From an uncultured Methanosarcinales archaeon (lineage in GTDB: Archaea > Nanobdellota > Nanobdellia > Woesearchaeales > GW2011-AR9): 64,000 bases of DNA. Shown one piece after another: positions 62,013 to 64,000 of this stretch. Made by a program: the position numbers and the translations under genes. The notes under the pieces are model-generated. The model made no database searches. It was given only the letters and a program-made list of their open reading frames with translations, and was not told the DNA's origin. The stretch's first letter is position 1; each line of letters begins with the position of its first letter. The stretch covers positions 331 through 64,330 of the forward strand of contig CAYSWQ010000002.1 in assembly GCA_964434885.1 (NCBI GenBank). Direction: 5' to 3'.

Positions 62013-63401
62013 ATGTCTCTTTTTGACAAAATCTTGTCTAACTTACCAGAGGTCCGCGGTCCTAAACAAAAAAGACTTTCTTTTAAAGAGAAATTAAAAT
62101 GGACTTTGATTATCATGGTTCTTTTTTTTGTAATGGGATTAATTCCATTATTTGGTTTAGGAGATAACGCCTTACAACAATTTGAATTTTTATCTATTAT
62201 TTTAGGAGCTAGTTTTGGTTCCATCCTTTCTTTAGGGATTGGACCAATTGTAACCTCCTCTATTGTTTTACAATTATTAACTGGAACTGGTATCTTAAAT
62301 TTAGATTTAACTAGCCCAGAAGGAAAGAAAAGATTTCAAGGATTACAAAAAATTCTAGCTATCTTTTTTATTGTTTTTGAAGCAGCAATTTATGTTTTAA
62401 TGGGGGGTTTAGCTCCTGATCCAAATTTAATGGGAACTCCATTATATTCCCAAATGCAATTAGTACTTATTTTCCAATTAATGTTAGGTGGAATCTTAAT
62501 TATGTTTATGGATGAAGTCATCTCTAAATGGGGTTTTGGTTCTGGAGTATCTTTGTTTATTGCTGGTGGAGTAGCTCAACAAATATTTATCCGTGCCTTT
62601 AACTTTTTACCTAGTCCTAACCAACCAGAAATTGCCGCTGGAGCAATTCCTTCATTATTTCAATTTTTATCATTAGGTGATGTTACAAATGCATCTTTAC
62701 AAATTGCCGCCGTAGTATCCACCATATTAGTTTTCGTAATCTGTGTCTATTGCCAAGCCATCAAAGCAGAAATTCCTTTAAGTTTTGGTAGAATTAGAGG
62801 ATATAGTATGCGATGGCCATTAAACTTTTTTTACACTTCTAACATCCCAGTTATCTTAGTTTCTGCTTTATTAGCAAATGTTCAACTATTCGCCAGATTA
62901 CTAGAAAGATGGGGTTACCCATTATTAGGAACATTTTCCGGAAATTCCCCTGTCTCTGGAATTGTTTACTGGGTTAATGCTCCAGATGTAGTACAAAGTA
63001 TTATCAAAGGTAGTTTCAGTTTTAGTATCATTGGTCAAGCTTTAACTTATACTTTATTAATGATTATTGGGGCTGTAATTTTTAGTATTTTTTGGATGCA
63101 GTCTGCAAATATGGATGCTCGATCTCAAGCTAAACAAATTATGAAATCTGGATTACAAATTCCTGGATTTAGAAGAGATGAAAGAGTTTTAGAAAAGATC
63201 TTAGGAAGATATATTTGGCCATTAACTATTGTTGGTGGAGCTGCAGTGGGATTATTAGCAGCAGTAGCAGATCTAACTGGAGCTCTTTCTAGAGGAACTG
63301 GTATCTTACTGGCAGTTATGATTATCTACAAGCTATACGAAGAAATCGCTAAACAACACATGATGGATATGCATCCTGCTATGAGAAAGTTTATGGAGTG
63401 A
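62013..63401 (+). CDS. secY: preprotein translocase subunit SecY
   Basis: 462 aa, 10 TM helices, conserved position after L15. Confidence 0.93.
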   Translation: MSLFDKILSNLPEVRGPKQKRLSFKEKLKWTLIIMVLFFVMGLIPLFGLGDNALQQFEFLSIILGASFGSILSLGIGPIVTSSIVLQLLTGTGILNLDLTSPEGKKRFQGLQKILAIFFIVFEAAIYVLMGGLAPDPNLMGTPLYSQMQLVLIFQLMLGGILIMFMDEVISKWGFGSGVSLFIAGGVAQQIFIRAFNFLPSPNQPEIAAGAIPSLFQFLSLGDVTNASLQIAAVVSTILVFVICVYCQAIKAEIPLSFGRIRGYSMRWPLNFFYTSNIPVILVSALLANVQLFARLLERWGYPLLGTFSGNSPVSGIVYWVNAPDVVQSIIKGSFSFSIIGQALTYTLLMIIGAVIFSIFWMQSANMDARSQAKQIMKSGLQIPGFRRDERVLEKILGRYIWPLTIVGGAAVGLLAAVADLTGALSRGTGILLAVMIIYKLYEEIAKQHMMDMHPAMRKFME

Positions 63402-63421
63402 TTTTTCTTTTATTGAATAAA

Positions 63422-63985
63422 CTATTTTGTGAACTTAGCACAATTATATCCACTTAATGCACCAACTTCAACACCAGTCCTTTTTAAATTTGGTCGTAGC
63501 GAACTTCCATAAACAAAACATGCCCCTTCTGGATGTAAAACTCTTTCGATTTCTCTTTCAGAAAATTCATCATACCCTTCTGGCAGGTATTCTACCCCTG
63601 TCGAAATTATGCTAACAGAATCTTTCGGAACTCTTCGTAAAAAGTGATACATGTCCTGTGGTATTACACACCAAGGTATTTCTTGTTCTCCTCTAAGATC
63701 ACTTGATAGTATTTCAGCATGAATTGGTTCAACCCCCACATACCCTTTTGCTCCTGCGGCCACAGCAAGTTTATAGCCATGAGATGTTCTTCCTGCTCCC
63801 AAATCGACAACTACTTGATTCTGGAATTCTGGACATTTTTCTTTGAAATGTTTCGGAGAAAGATCCATCGCAAATGGTTCTGGTGATCTAAGAACAATAC
63901 AAAGACGATTAAAATGTCTCTCCTGATGTAATACCGGTAACCACAAAGTATTAACACCAGGAATAATTTCTTCTAGTTTATTCAT
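63422..63985 (-). CDS. putative class I SAM-dependent methyltransferase (small, locally higher GC)
   Basis: VVDLGAGRTSHGYKLAVAAGAKGYVGVEP resembles Rossmann motif I plus an acidic residue after beta-2. 187 aa, convergent on secY. Confidence 0.5.
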   Translation of the reverse strand: MNKLEEIIPGVNTLWLPVLHQERHFNRLCIVLRSPEPFAMDLSPKHFKEKCPEFQNQVVVDLGAGRTSHGYKLAVAAGAKGYVGVEPIHAEILSSDLRGEQEIPWCVIPQDMYHFLRRVPKDSVSIISTGVEYLPEGYDEFSEREIERVLHPEGACFVYGSSLRPNLKRTGVEVGALSGYNCAKFTK

Positions 63986-64000
63986 TGTCTATCTCAAAAC

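Overview
AT-rich (about 30% GC) archaeal chromosomal window. Genes are densely packed, often overlap by 4 nt, and several starts carry Shine-Dalgarno-like GGAGGTGA motifs. The right third (49.5-63.4 kb) is the conserved archaeal ribosomal-protein superoperon L3-L4-L23-L2-S19-L22-S3-L29-SUI1-Rpp29-S17-L14-L24-S4e-L5-S14-S8-L6-L32e-L19e-L18-S5-L30-L15-SecY. It lies behind a TATA box at 49321-49330, which would give roughly a 160-nt leader if the TSS is about 25 nt downstream. Elsewhere there are typical archaeal informational genes: SRP54, ArgRS, CDC48, AglB/STT3, Cbf5, fibrillarin, Nop5, S15, S19e-L39e-L31e, L35Ae, S3Ae, CTP synthase and TatD. Three tRNA genes (putative Arg-TCG, Asn-GTT and one unresolved) appear to carry introns, two of them with two introns each and some in non-canonical D-loop or T-loop positions. 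Accessory content worth attention: (i) a Pol-beta-superfamily nucleotidyltransferase (GS...SDxD motif) translationally coupled to a small Zn-finger protein, directly downstream of CDC48; (ii) a three-gene cluster (GCS2-type carboxylate-amine ligase, EgtC-like Ntn amidohydrolase, AlaDH/opine-synthase-family dehydrogenase) divergent from an Lrp-like regulator, a candidate unusual small-molecule pathway; (iii) an HTH-flanked double-LAGLIDADG protein plus two unknown genes inserted between nop5 and flpA; (iv) a bacterial-type glycerol-3-phosphate dehydrogenase (GpsA); (v) large Cys-rich secreted proteins; (vi) a frameshifted COG1238 (YqaA-family) membrane-protein gene; (vii) K/E-rich tails on many ribosomal proteins. 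No CRISPR array, IS element or integrase was seen.
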